From Arenimonas sp. (GTDB taxonomy: Bacteria; Pseudomonadota; Gammaproteobacteria; Xanthomonadales; Xanthomonadaceae): 64,000 nt of DNA. Both the position numbers and the translations under genes were made by a program. How positions within the stretch are numbered: position 1 is the first letter of the stretch; the number at the start of each line of letters is the position of its first letter. The notes below the pieces were generated by a model. The model was not told the DNA's origin and did not search any database. It was given only the letters and a program-made list of their open reading frames with translations. This document shows positions 47,326-57,013 of the stretch, piece after piece. The stretch is taken from positions 60,703-124,702 of the forward strand of contig JAYSQD010000111.1 in the NCBI GenBank assembly GCA_043721835.1, written 5' to 3'.

Positions 47326-48011
47326 GCTTACGAAATAAAGTGATTGCCGAATTTTTAGGCACCGGCGTGTTATTAGCGACCGTTGTCGGTAGCGGCATTA
47401 TGGGTGTGAATTTATCTCAGGGAAATAATGCCGTCGCCTTGTTAGCCAATGCTGCGGCAACGGCGGGCATTTTGTATGTATTGATCAGTACGCTCGGGCC
47501 TATTTCGGGCGCGCATTTTAATCCGGCGGTAAGCTTGGTAACGCGGGTTAATGGTGAATTAAATAATCGCGAGCTTTTATTGTATTTTGTCGCGCAATTG
47601 TTTGGCGCAGTACTGGGCGTGCTGCTTACGCACGCGATGTTTGAACAAACATTAATACAGCCTGGAACGCACATGCGTAGTGGTTTTGCACAATATTTAT
47701 CTGAAGCAACGGCGACCTTCGGTTTGCTTATAACGATCTTGCTTGCCGCAAAACAAAAATCGACTCAAATTCCTGCCTTGGTCGCCAGCTATATTTTTGC
47801 GGCTTACTGGTTCACTTCAAGCACGTCATTTGCCAATCCGGCGGTCACTATTGCGCGCTCATTAACGCAAAGTTTTGCTGGTATTCGGCCTGAGGATGTT
47901 TTGGGTTTTATCGCGGCGCAATTAATCGGTGCGTGCCTGGCTTATCTTCTTTTTCGTTTTGTTTTTGGCTTTGCGATTGGCACTTCGGTTTCTGAATCTT
48001 CAGCCAAATAA
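47322..48011 (+). CDS. MIP-family channel (aquaglyceroporin-like) in the ars operon
   Basis: 229 aa with two NPA boxes (HFNPAVS, FANPAVT). Its start overlaps the arsC stop (ATGA at 47322-47325). Confidence 0.85.
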   Translation: MSLRNKVIAEFLGTGVLLATVVGSGIMGVNLSQGNNAVALLANAAATAGILYVLISTLGPISGAHFNPAVSLVTRVNGELNNRELLLYFVAQLFGAVLGVLLTHAMFEQTLIQPGTHMRSGFAQYLSEATATFGLLITILLAAKQKSTQIPALVASYIFAAYWFTSSTSFANPAVTIARSLTQSFAGIRPEDVLGFIAAQLIGACLAYLLFRFVFGFAIGTSVSESSAK

Positions 48012-48733
48012 CCCGGGCCGCCTAATTGCCGCATTTGCCGTTGAATCCAGCGCGCGCGCCTTTGCACATAGGCGCTGGGATTTTTAGCACTATATTTTTT
48101 CGGGTTCGGCAATACCGCTGCGAGTCTCGCACTTTCACTAGGGGTAAGATTTTTCGCCGATTTACCAAAAAATCTTTTCGCAGCAGACTCTGCACCATAC
48201 ACACCATCACCAAATTCGGCGATGTTGGCATAGACTTCAATAATGCGATGTTTAGGCCACATCATCTCGATCAACAAGGTGTACCAAGCTTCAAATGGCT
48301 TGCGTAAATAACGCATAAAGCCGCGGCCGTTCCAGCAAAATAAATTCTTTGCTACTTGTTGGCTAATAGTGCTGCCGCCTTTTATTTTTTTATTTTTCTT
48401 ATTATTTTCCAGCGCCTTTTCCATCGCTTCAAAATCAAAACCATCATGGTCGGGGAATTTTTGATCTTCGGCGGCGACTAAGGCAATTGGCAAATGCTTG
48501 GACAACTGATCTTCATCTTTCCATTCATAAGAAGCGCGAAAACTCCAGTCTTTTTCAAGCCAGGCATCGACTTGTCGGCCGATCATAAAACTGGAGGTAA
48601 ATGGATCCACCCAACGCAATACCACTACTTGCGATATCGATATCAAAATAAATAACAGTGGCAACCAGAGAAAAATAAAACGTAAGAATTTTCGTCCACG
48701 TGAACGGCGTGGCTTCATTTTGGTCGCGGTCAT
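47942..48733 (-). CDS. mtgA: Monofunctional biosynthetic peptidoglycan transglycosylase
   Basis: It has the GT51 motifs EDQKFPDHDGFD and GGSTISQQVAKN. The ORF is open to 48877, but a start at Met 48733 or 48718 just before the TM helix (KPRRSRGRKFLRFIFLWLPLLFIL) is more plausible. Confidence 0.9.
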   Translation of the reverse strand: MTATKMKPRRSRGRKFLRFIFLWLPLLFILISISQVVVLRWVDPFTSSFMIGRQVDAWLEKDWSFRASYEWKDEDQLSKHLPIALVAAEDQKFPDHDGFDFEAMEKALENNKKNKKIKGGSTISQQVAKNLFCWNGRGFMRYLRKPFEAWYTLLIEMMWPKHRIIEVYANIAEFGDGVYGAESAAKRFFGKSAKNLTPSESARLAAVLPNPKKYSAKNPSAYVQRRARWIQRQMRQLGGPGYLAEDSETEVPIAKPKTKRKRR

Positions 48734-48852
48734 AAAATGGGATGGCTCAAGCAGGCGTGCTGGTGACTCCATGCTAAACCAGTACCCGTCATACACCAAG
48801 ATAGATTGATGTCTGGCACGCGAAAACTCGTGAAACCCGTTAAAATGAGCGC

Positions 48853-49746
48853 ATGACAGAAAAAGCCTACGACTCACTTCATCGTTTTATGCTCGAACGC
48901 GCTGGCGTACGCGGTGTGTGGGTTCGCTTGGAACATTCTTGGCAGGCGATTCAGGCGCGCGCCAGTTACCCGAGTGGCGTACTGCATCGATTAGGCGAAA
49001 CCTGCACGGCAGCGGCGTTGTTTACCGGCCATGTAAAAGTCGAGGGCCGACTGAGTGTTCAACTTCGCGGCACTGGTGCGCTTCGTACCTTGTTCGCCGA
49101 ATGTACCGCCGAAGGAACCCTGCGCGGCATTGCACGTTATGACGAACCGGTTCCGCTCGTGCTCACGCCTGATTCGTTTGGTGAAGGCTCGCTACTGGCC
49201 ATCACGATCGAAACCTTGGCACCCGGTGCACGTGAGCCAGTTCGATATCAGGGCATCGTGAGTCTTGAAGCCGATAGTTTGGCCGATGCCTTCGAGAATT
49301 ATTTTCTGCAATCGGAACAATTGCCCACGCATATTCTGCTCGCTGCGACCGAAACCCATACCGCAGGTTTATTGATCCAGCAGTTGCCCAACCAAAAAAG
49401 TGATGACGATGCCTGGCAACGGGTATCGGCGCTTTTTGAGACCTTGGGTAATGAAGAATTGTTGAGCACGAATCACGAAACACTACTTTGGCGGCTATTT
49501 CACGAAGAAGGTGTGCAATTACTAGACAGCAAGCAGCTCGAGTTTGGCTGTTCTTGTTCGCGCGCAAGAGTTGAAGACGTCATGCGAAGCCTAGGCCCAG
49601 ATGAAGCATTCGCTTCATCAGAAGAAGAGTTGGCAACCGTTCATTGTGATTTCTGCGGCCAAGCCTATGTTTTTACAAGAGAAAATATAGAAAACCTGTT
49701 CACGGTCCCTATCACCAGCGCACCAGGCTCAGAACGGCTGCAATAA
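48853..49746 (+). CDS. hslO: Hsp33 redox-regulated chaperone
   Basis: 297 aa with the C-terminal zinc centre CSCS...CDFCG. Confidence 0.92.
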   Translation: MTEKAYDSLHRFMLERAGVRGVWVRLEHSWQAIQARASYPSGVLHRLGETCTAAALFTGHVKVEGRLSVQLRGTGALRTLFAECTAEGTLRGIARYDEPVPLVLTPDSFGEGSLLAITIETLAPGAREPVRYQGIVSLEADSLADAFENYFLQSEQLPTHILLAATETHTAGLLIQQLPNQKSDDDAWQRVSALFETLGNEELLSTNHETLLWRLFHEEGVQLLDSKQLEFGCSCSRARVEDVMRSLGPDEAFASSEEELATVHCDFCGQAYVFTRENIENLFTVPITSAPGSERLQ

Positions 49747-49847
49747 ACTGCCCGATTTGGTTAAAATCCCGTAAAATGGTGTATGTTAAGAACTGGAACT
49801 TTACGGGTTCCTGATGTTCCAAAGCTACTCTCGAAAGGGGTTTTAAC

Positions 49848-50795
49848 GTGAAATTGCGACTACTCGCCAGCTTGATCATTGCCGCTACGGCAACGGCTGC
49901 GCACGCGCAAAATTCCGCCAAATCAGCACTTTTTGATCGCCAAGCACCTACCATGCTGCCCATTTGGAATACCCTCAACGGCAAAATGGAAGGCATGCTA
50001 TTGGTCGAGTCCAATGGCAATAATAGCCGTACTGTAATTCGTCCCGCGAATTCATTGGCAACTTTGAATATTCCGCTGACCTCGCAACTAAAATTCAGCA
50101 GCGCGTTAAGCCTTTCCAATAATCCCGGCCTTGGCTTGGTGTGTAATGGACAACCTGGATCATTTAATAATCTGGGCAATCTGGCGCAAAACTGCCGCAT
50201 TGGCGATTTACTAAACCCGAACAATAATTTTGGTAGTTCAAGGCCCGATTTGCTAATGCAATCGCAGTTACGCTATAAAAATTTATTGTTGTCAGCAGGT
50301 GGTGTGTGGTCGCAATTTAATTTCAATGCTTTCACCGGCAATAATAAGTCTGCATTGTTGAGTAGTGGCAACTCAAGAATAACTACCGCAACCGTGCAGC
50401 AAAAAGAAGTCAGCCTTAGCGGTGAAATTGCTATCGGCCAAAAAAGCTGGTTGAACCTGGGTGGCACACTGGCGCAGGCCAGAGTCATTCCCGCATCGCA
50501 ATTATCGGGCCGCGGCTTATTGCCTGATGAGTGGCAAACAAATTCCGTCACTATTGGTGCCGGTCGCGGCAATTTTGGCGGCGAAATCACCGGCTCGAAT
50601 ATTCAAATACCCGGACAAACCAACAGCTTTAAAAGCGTTGGCGCAGGCGTCACCTGGAAAACCCCATGGCGCGGTAAATTGTCGGTCGGTGCAGACAATA
50701 TCAACAGCTCGGGAACCAATCCCTTCAAAGCCAGTGACAACAACCCACTGGACAACGGCGCAGTACCGTTTGTGAAGTATGAAGTGGATTTGTAG
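49848..50795 (+). CDS. Secreted N/S/G-rich beta-rich protein (possible outer-membrane protein), unknown function
   Basis: It has a GTG start and the signal peptide MKLRLLASLIIAATATAAHAQ, followed by alternating-pattern beta-like sequence. I recognised no family motif. Confidence 0.55.
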   Translation: MKLRLLASLIIAATATAAHAQNSAKSALFDRQAPTMLPIWNTLNGKMEGMLLVESNGNNSRTVIRPANSLATLNIPLTSQLKFSSALSLSNNPGLGLVCNGQPGSFNNLGNLAQNCRIGDLLNPNNNFGSSRPDLLMQSQLRYKNLLLSAGGVWSQFNFNAFTGNNKSALLSSGNSRITTATVQQKEVSLSGEIAIGQKSWLNLGGTLAQARVIPASQLSGRGLLPDEWQTNSVTIGAGRGNFGGEITGSNIQIPGQTNSFKSVGAGVTWKTPWRGKLSVGADNINSSGTNPFKASDNNPLDNGAVPFVKYEVDL

Positions 50796-50994
50796 GTGGT
50801 TTTGGTTGAAGCAGAGGCCAGATCCGATTGTTCGACTGAAACTATTTTCGAGAACTTCCCGCCAGCGAGTGCATATTCAGTTATTGAAGTAATTCGTATT
50901 CAATATGCTCAGGCAAATTTGAATACAATAAAAATCTGGTAATAACATGACAAATGATCGCGGATCCTTTCCACGATTATTCTGAGATTATTCT

Positions 50995-51993
50995 ATGGGT
51001 ACAGTGCTAGACCTGAAAATACAGAAAAATGGCTCGTTATTTTTCCCTGTCGATCTAGATGTCAAATCTAAATGCTTTTTTTTCAAGAGCACTTCGCTTG
51101 AAGCCCTTAGAAACAATACATTTTTAGACAACCGCTTTTTCCAGGCAGATTTAGAACTGAAAAGACTTGAACTTGCAGAGTTTTCATCGATGCATTGGGA
51201 TCTCGCCCCAAAGACTGGCTTTCTTTTTCATACATCTTTTTGCTGCTCAACCCTACTAGCGCGCCTCTTGGATTTTACCGATCATTCTCTCGTACTAAAA
51301 GAACCCCTCATTCTGCGTCGCTTATCTGACGCCGAACTTGTTGGCAACCAAGACAAAGCGCTTCATCAAACAGCACTTAATCTACTATTTCGTTCGGTCG
51401 CTGAAGATTACGCAGTACTAATCAAACCGACCCACGTAGCTTTAAATATAGCCGAACCCATGCTGTCTTCTCGACCTGAAGCAAGAGCGTTGCTTATCAC
51501 GTCAACATTAAAAGATTTCCTAGTAAGTAATATTAAAAAATCAGCACAGAGCCAGCAAAAAGTGCCTGAATTAGTTGAACGCTTTATGTCGGCATCCGAC
51601 TTCCCAACCAGATTACCATCCCCGGCATTTTCTCCGCCGACATTTTTATGCGGCGTTGCATTGCAATGGTATGCACAACAATCGGTAATCCAAAAATTAC
51701 TCAATGGTTCAAATGCACATAATATAAAACTCATGTGGGAAACAGACTTGCTAGATATGCCTAATGAAACACTTGCAAGCTGCCTAAACTGGCTTGATTG
51801 GTCGATTCCCGCTAATGTGATTGAAACCCAAATCAACTCGGTCATGAAACAACATGCTAAATCAACTACAAGACCATACAATCCAAAAGAAAAAAATTAT
51901 GAAGATAATTTGCTAATGAACAAATATCGCGACGATCTAAATCTTGCGTTGAGATGGTCAGAACAATATCTAAACCCTTTTTTGGACAATTAA
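50995..51993 (+). CDS. Hypothetical protein, weakly sulfotransferase-like
   Basis: 332 aa. FLFHTSFCCSTLLARLL sits where the neighbouring gene has the PAPS-loop IVGMHRSGTTLLEQML. The stop overlaps the next ATG (TAATG at 51991-51995). The assignment is weak. Confidence 0.4.
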   Translation: MGTVLDLKIQKNGSLFFPVDLDVKSKCFFFKSTSLEALRNNTFLDNRFFQADLELKRLELAEFSSMHWDLAPKTGFLFHTSFCCSTLLARLLDFTDHSLVLKEPLILRRLSDAELVGNQDKALHQTALNLLFRSVAEDYAVLIKPTHVALNIAEPMLSSRPEARALLITSTLKDFLVSNIKKSAQSQQKVPELVERFMSASDFPTRLPSPAFSPPTFLCGVALQWYAQQSVIQKLLNGSNAHNIKLMWETDLLDMPNETLASCLNWLDWSIPANVIETQINSVMKQHAKSTTRPYNPKEKNYEDNLLMNKYRDDLNLALRWSEQYLNPFLDN

Positions 51994-53567
51994 TGAATAA
52001 TCTCTCCCCTGAAATACAACGCCATTGGCATGCGGCAGAAACTGCGCTCATAAAAAAAGATTGGTTGACTGCAGGCAAGCATTACCAATCCATTATTACC
52101 AAAGACGGCCAACACGTTCATAGCTTGATTAGATTGGCCAGCGTTCAACTTCAATTGGGTGACTACAATGGCGCACGTAACTACACGCTACGTGCCTGCC
52201 AAATTGACACCGATGATGAAACGGCCATGGCTATGGCCGCTAGACAATTGATGCTATTTTCAGAATCACAAAAATTGAGCCACTACTTAACCCAAATATG
52301 TTTTCGTAAATTTCAAAAGCCGATGGTGTTGGCGGAGATGAGTGTACTGTTGAATGCCATCAGTGAAAATAATCATGCCCTTAGCTTTGTTAATCGCGCG
52401 ATCGAACTTGACCCTGGCTTTGCTCCCGCTTTTTATTTTCGTGGCAATTTGCACACCTTTGCTGGTGACCAGGTGCAAGCTCGCGCGGACCTTGAGCACT
52501 GTCTAAAATTAAACCCACGCTTTGCACAAGCGTATTGGGCTCTATCAGGATTATCGAGCAAAGAAATCCCGGCAATGCTTGCAGATAATTTAAGCAATCA
52601 GCTTAAACAGGCAACCGTGGGCGGAAGCGATGAAGTTTATTTTTCTTACGCTATGCACAACGAGTTGCATAAACGGGGAGATATATCTGGGTCCTGGCAT
52701 GCACTGGAATATGGCTGCCATGCAAAGCGAAAAAAAGTTGCTTACAGCCCTGCCGATACCAAGGCACTATTTGATGCTCTTAAATCGGTGGACTGGGGCA
52801 GCATGCAATCATCGACAATTCCACAAGCAGGACAAGGCACTCCCATTTTTATCGTGGGCATGCACCGCTCCGGCACAACTTTACTAGAACAAATGCTGGC
52901 GGGGCATTCCGAGATTAGCGATGGCGGTGAGTCATCCACTTTCTTGTCACAACTTAAACGGGCGGCGAATTATCCCGGTGATTTAAAGCAAGCATTTGTC
53001 GAAAAACTCCAGCAAACGGATTTATCGCAAGTTGCTGGCTGGTTCGCAGAAAAATCAACGTGGCGTTTCGGTAAGTCACCCTACTTTACTGAAAAATTAC
53101 CCTCTAATTTTTTATTGATTGGCTTCATTCTGAAGGCCATACCGAATGCAAAGATCATTCACTTAGTGCGTGATCCAATGAGCACCTGCTTTTCCAATCT
53201 TAGGACATTGTTCCATTTTGAATGTGCTTATTCCTATGATCAAACTGAACTGGCAGACTATTTTTCTTGGTACAGAGATTTAATGACATTTTGGCATAGC
53301 CAATTCCCCGGCCAGATACTTGATATGCCATACCAGAATCTAGTGAGCGAACCAGAAACTTCAATGCGCGAAGTTTGTCAGTCCCTGGGCATTGAGTATC
53401 AAGGCAAAATGATTGACGTGCGCGATAGAAAATCAAACGTCACCACCGCAAGTACCGTGAGTGTGCGCGAAGGTATTCAAGCAGACCGAAATGAACAGTG
53501 GAAACGCTATGCCGAACAACTTGAACCCATGCTAGCCAAATTTAAATCACTTAATTTTGTTCCATAA
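51993..53567 (+). CDS. TPR-repeat / sulfotransferase fusion protein
   Basis: The likely ATG is at 51993 (MNNLSPEIQRHW). The N-terminal ~280 aa are TPR-like helical repeats. The C-terminal half has the 5'-PSB loop FIVGMHRSGTTLLEQML and the 3'-PB-like IHLVRDPMSTCFS. Confidence 0.8.
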   Translation: MNNLSPEIQRHWHAAETALIKKDWLTAGKHYQSIITKDGQHVHSLIRLASVQLQLGDYNGARNYTLRACQIDTDDETAMAMAARQLMLFSESQKLSHYLTQICFRKFQKPMVLAEMSVLLNAISENNHALSFVNRAIELDPGFAPAFYFRGNLHTFAGDQVQARADLEHCLKLNPRFAQAYWALSGLSSKEIPAMLADNLSNQLKQATVGGSDEVYFSYAMHNELHKRGDISGSWHALEYGCHAKRKKVAYSPADTKALFDALKSVDWGSMQSSTIPQAGQGTPIFIVGMHRSGTTLLEQMLAGHSEISDGGESSTFLSQLKRAANYPGDLKQAFVEKLQQTDLSQVAGWFAEKSTWRFGKSPYFTEKLPSNFLLIGFILKAIPNAKIIHLVRDPMSTCFSNLRTLFHFECAYSYDQTELADYFSWYRDLMTFWHSQFPGQILDMPYQNLVSEPETSMREVCQSLGIEYQGKMIDVRDRKSNVTTASTVSVREGIQADRNEQWKRYAEQLEPMLAKFKSLNFVP

Positions 53568-53675
53568 AAAAAGCCCATTTAGGGACGTGTAATTTCCGAG
53601 TTACAATTTTTGTTGGTATGTGCAGTAGCGGAACGTCCTGTTTCTTCGTGCGCAGGGCCGAGCTATTGTCGAAAG

Positions 53676-53800
53676 TGGTGAGCGTGCCGAACTACAATCC
53701 GTCAAAGCAAAATGATAGACACGCAAGCGCCTGAGTATATCTTGAGAGCTGTGCGCACGAAGGTATTCAAGCATACTGAAATAAGCATTACGAATACTCT
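53676..53800 (+). pseudogene. Decayed remnant of the 3' end of a sulfotransferase paralogue
   Basis: agtggtgagcgtgccgaactacaatccg...caaagcaaaatgatagacacgc...gtgcgcacgaaggtattcaagcatactgaaataagcat aligns with 53341-53500 of the intact gene, with substitutions and a ~30-nt deletion. It has no open frame. Confidence 0.65.
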
Positions 53801-53860
53801 GCTATCGCTAATCCTCTAAATACTCCTAATCAAGTGTTTTACTGATCGAATAATTTAATT

Positions 53861-53942
53861 GTCATCCCCACGCAGGCGGGCATCTGCGTCGTTGCTCTGC
53901 GCATGAAGTCGCTGGGTCCCCCACAAAAGCATTCGGGGTGAC
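53861..53942. repeat. REP/MITE-like inverted repeat (gtcatcccc ... ggggtgac)
   Basis: The terminal inverted 8-9-mers enclose an inner hairpin acgcag-gcgggcat-ctgcgt. It resembles the gtcatccc-gcaggcggg repeat family common in gammaproteobacteria. Confidence 0.55.
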
Positions 53943-54054
53943 GTTTTTTGATTTTAATGATGGGATCTGGTTTGCCAACAATTGAGTTATTTACAAGAGT
54001 AGCTATAAATAACTCGCAAGCTTACTGACTAATCTAAAAGCACATAATTTTACA

Positions 54055-54088
54055 ATACAAAAAAACGGCCCCATATAGGGGCCGTTTG
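54055..54088 (-). terminator. Rho-independent (bidirectional) terminator downstream of the TonB-dependent receptor gene
   Basis: The stem is cggcccc/ggggccg (54066-54084) with loop atata. It is flanked by an A-run on the plus side (a T-run on the minus strand) and by TTT on the other side. Confidence 0.85.
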
Positions 54089-54112
54089 ATTTCTGAATTA
54101 AATGAATAAGGA

Positions 54113-57013
54113 TCAGAATTTTTGTTCGTACTTCATGTACCAGAAACGTCCTGGAATTTCATACTGCGGGTCGAAGCTGTTGGCAAAAGTAGTAACTGAA
54201 CGTGGTGGATCTTTTGAGAACACGTTGTTGATACCGAGCGAGACTTTTGCGTCCCAAGGTGTTTTGTAGAAGAACTGGATATCGTGATACGTGGTAGCAC
54301 CGATGTGATTCGTACCAGTTGCTCCATTTACAGCAGCACCGTAATTGGGATTTGGATCGGAACACAGGTAAGCAAAACCGTAGTATTCCAAATCCGCGCA
54401 ACCTTCAACTTGTTCCGAATAGAAACGGGTTGTCAAAGAAGCACCAAAATCGCCTTTCGTCCAACGCGAAGACAAGTTGGAACGGTATTTCCAGTTATTA
54501 TTACGATTTTGGTACAAACCAACTATGCTGCCACCATCATCTGCGTTGATCACACCATCCGCGTTCTGGTCAGACTCGTTGTTAGACATATAGGTGGTGT
54601 CCCAATTGAATGAGAAAGCACCCCAGCTACCTGCGTCAAAACGATAGTTAAAGGTCAAGTCATAACCTTCAACCACTTGTTTGCCGGAGTTTAGACCTGC
54701 CGATAACAAGGTATCAATTGCGCCCGTTGAATTACGTGAGTACAAAGAGCAGTAGTTAGCAAAGCCGCCTTTAATACACTGGTCGAGGATGAACTGAGCA
54801 CCATAGGCTGAAATAGTGTTCTCAAGGTTAATTTTCCACCAATCAAGAGAAACATCGAAGCCTTCAATAAAGCTAGGCGACCAAACAAAACCAAGTGTTT
54901 TGGAAATCGAAGTTTCTGGTGTCAAATTAACATTGCCACCGACCGAGGTACGGATCTGCGCGTTACCTTGATCATAGCCACCGGCAGGAACACCTTGGGA
55001 GGTACAACGCGCTTGCTGTGTAGGGGTTAAGCCAGCATAAAGCGAGTTATTACAAGGATCACCCACTTGCGGGAAGCTGTCGGCTACGCCTGCGAACAAC
55101 TCGCCAATAGATGGAGCGCGGAAGCCTTCCGACCAGTTACCACGAATTAATAAATCATCAATTGGTTTCCATTTGAAACCGAATTTACTATTGGTGGTAT
55201 TACCAAAGTTGCTGTAATCAGAGTAGCGAGTAGCTAGGCTGAATTCCAAGGTTTTGGCGAAAGCCACATCTTTAAGCACTGGGATAGCCAATTCGAGATA
55301 GGCTTCATCCAAGCTGTAAGAACCGCTTGTTGCTGTGCGTGCATTGCCCGTGGTGTTGCCTGAGCTGATCAAGGCATCCGGCGAGTCAAAACCTTCTTCA
55401 GTACGGTGCTCTAAACCTGCTGCAAAACCCATGGTGCCACCTGGCAGCTCGAACAAGTCGCCGCTGACATTAGCGTAATACTGCAGCATTTTATAACCCG
55501 TAGTATCGTGGGCAACAAATGTGGAATAACCCAGCATTGCCGGGGTAATAGTACCCACATTGCCTAGCAGATTTAACGGTACGCAACCTGCAATAGGACC
55601 GGTAAAGGTAATGCCGTCAGAGTTTTGATAGCAAATACCGCCGCGCGATGGGCCCAATGCGTTACGAAGTGCAAGCACATTGAACAGACCATTGGTGGTA
55701 TCGCTTTCTTCATTGCGGGCATACACCATGCCTGCGTCCCAGGAGAAATAACGCTCACCAATATCAAACGAGCCTTCCAGGCCACCGGAGAAGCCAAAAG
55801 TATCGACATTCTGGTTGAAGCTACGGCCACCAGTTTCAATGGCACGGCGCTGGATACGCGACACTTGTACGCCAAAAGGATTGTATTGGCTGTATCGGCT
55901 GATCGTGATTTGTCTCGCTTGAACGCCAGCGCCAGGGCCCGAACCCAATACAATAGGCATGGACGCTAGCAGTTGTTCTGATTTACGGTTGTTAAACGTA
56001 ATCTGAGCATCAAATGCAATGTTATCGGTAATTTGGAAACGACCGCGGGCAAAAGTAGAGATGCGCTCTTGCGGGGTAGCTAAATAATTGTCTGGGGCAA
56101 AGTTGTACAAATCTGCGCCAGTACGATTACGCCAATTTAGACCCGACTGACCGGCATTGTAGGTGAATTGACCGACCGTACCATTTGGCCGTGTTTGTGC
56201 CACTGAGCAGGTACCCGTGGTGCCATTGAATGTGCCGTTGCAAAGTGCGAAACGACCACCAGGAATGGTAGAGCTGCCAAACAGAGTACCGGTGCCAATT
56301 TTTGGCTCGGTAGAAATGTAGCGATCACCCGCGCCGACTGGATCTTCTTTCACATAAGAAGCACCCATCATGGCACTGAAACGACCATCATCAGAGGCAG
56401 AACCGACGGTTACGTCAACAGATTCCTTGGCACCATCACCTTCAGAAAATTGGCCGTAATAGGCATTTACTTCAGCACCCTCATAGCTTTTTTTCAGCAC
56501 GATGTTAACTACACCGGCAATAGCATCTGAACCGTATAAAGTAGAAGCGCCGTCTTTCAGCACTTCAATACGTTCAACGGCTGCGGTTGGAATGGTGTTT
56601 AAATCGACCGCACCACCTAAACCTGTACCGCCGACCCAACGACGACCATTCACCAACACCAAGGTGCGGTTAGAGCCCAAGTTACGCAGGCTTACACGGG
56701 TTTCGCCATTACCGCCGTTGTTGAACGTGGTGTTCAATGTTGAGCCGTTGGCGGTTAAATTTTGGATTACATCACCAATGGATGTAAGACCTTGTTCGGC
56801 AATCGCCTGTTTGGTCAAAACGAATACGGGCTGCGATGTTTCTGCATCGACGCGTTTAATACGCGAACCGGTTACTTCAACACGCTCGAGTTCTTTTGCT
56901 TCATCTTTCTTGGCGGCATCTTGCGCAAATGCCGAAGCAGTTGCTAAAGAAGCAGAAGCGCCGACAAATAATGCAAATTTGATTGCATTAGACAGCTGAT
57001 TAATTTTAGACAT
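54113..57013 (-). CDS. TonB-dependent outer-membrane receptor
   Basis: 966 aa with a signal peptide, a plug domain (LERVEVTGSRIKR...VLKDGASTLYGSDAIAGVVNIVLKK) and a C-terminal beta-barrel ending ...WYMKYEQKF. Confidence 0.93.
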   Translation of the reverse strand: MSKINQLSNAIKFALFVGASASLATASAFAQDAAKKDEAKELERVEVTGSRIKRVDAETSQPVFVLTKQAIAEQGLTSIGDVIQNLTANGSTLNTTFNNGGNGETRVSLRNLGSNRTLVLVNGRRWVGGTGLGGAVDLNTIPTAAVERIEVLKDGASTLYGSDAIAGVVNIVLKKSYEGAEVNAYYGQFSEGDGAKESVDVTVGSASDDGRFSAMMGASYVKEDPVGAGDRYISTEPKIGTGTLFGSSTIPGGRFALCNGTFNGTTGTCSVAQTRPNGTVGQFTYNAGQSGLNWRNRTGADLYNFAPDNYLATPQERISTFARGRFQITDNIAFDAQITFNNRKSEQLLASMPIVLGSGPGAGVQARQITISRYSQYNPFGVQVSRIQRRAIETGGRSFNQNVDTFGFSGGLEGSFDIGERYFSWDAGMVYARNEESDTTNGLFNVLALRNALGPSRGGICYQNSDGITFTGPIAGCVPLNLLGNVGTITPAMLGYSTFVAHDTTGYKMLQYYANVSGDLFELPGGTMGFAAGLEHRTEEGFDSPDALISSGNTTGNARTATSGSYSLDEAYLELAIPVLKDVAFAKTLEFSLATRYSDYSNFGNTTNSKFGFKWKPIDDLLIRGNWSEGFRAPSIGELFAGVADSFPQVGDPCNNSLYAGLTPTQQARCTSQGVPAGGYDQGNAQIRTSVGGNVNLTPETSISKTLGFVWSPSFIEGFDVSLDWWKINLENTISAYGAQFILDQCIKGGFANYCSLYSRNSTGAIDTLLSAGLNSGKQVVEGYDLTFNYRFDAGSWGAFSFNWDTTYMSNNESDQNADGVINADDGGSIVGLYQNRNNNWKYRSNLSSRWTKGDFGASLTTRFYSEQVEGCADLEYYGFAYLCSDPNPNYGAAVNGATGTNHIGATTYHDIQFFYKTPWDAKVSLGINNVFSKDPPRSVTTFANSFDPQYEIPGRFWYMKYEQKF

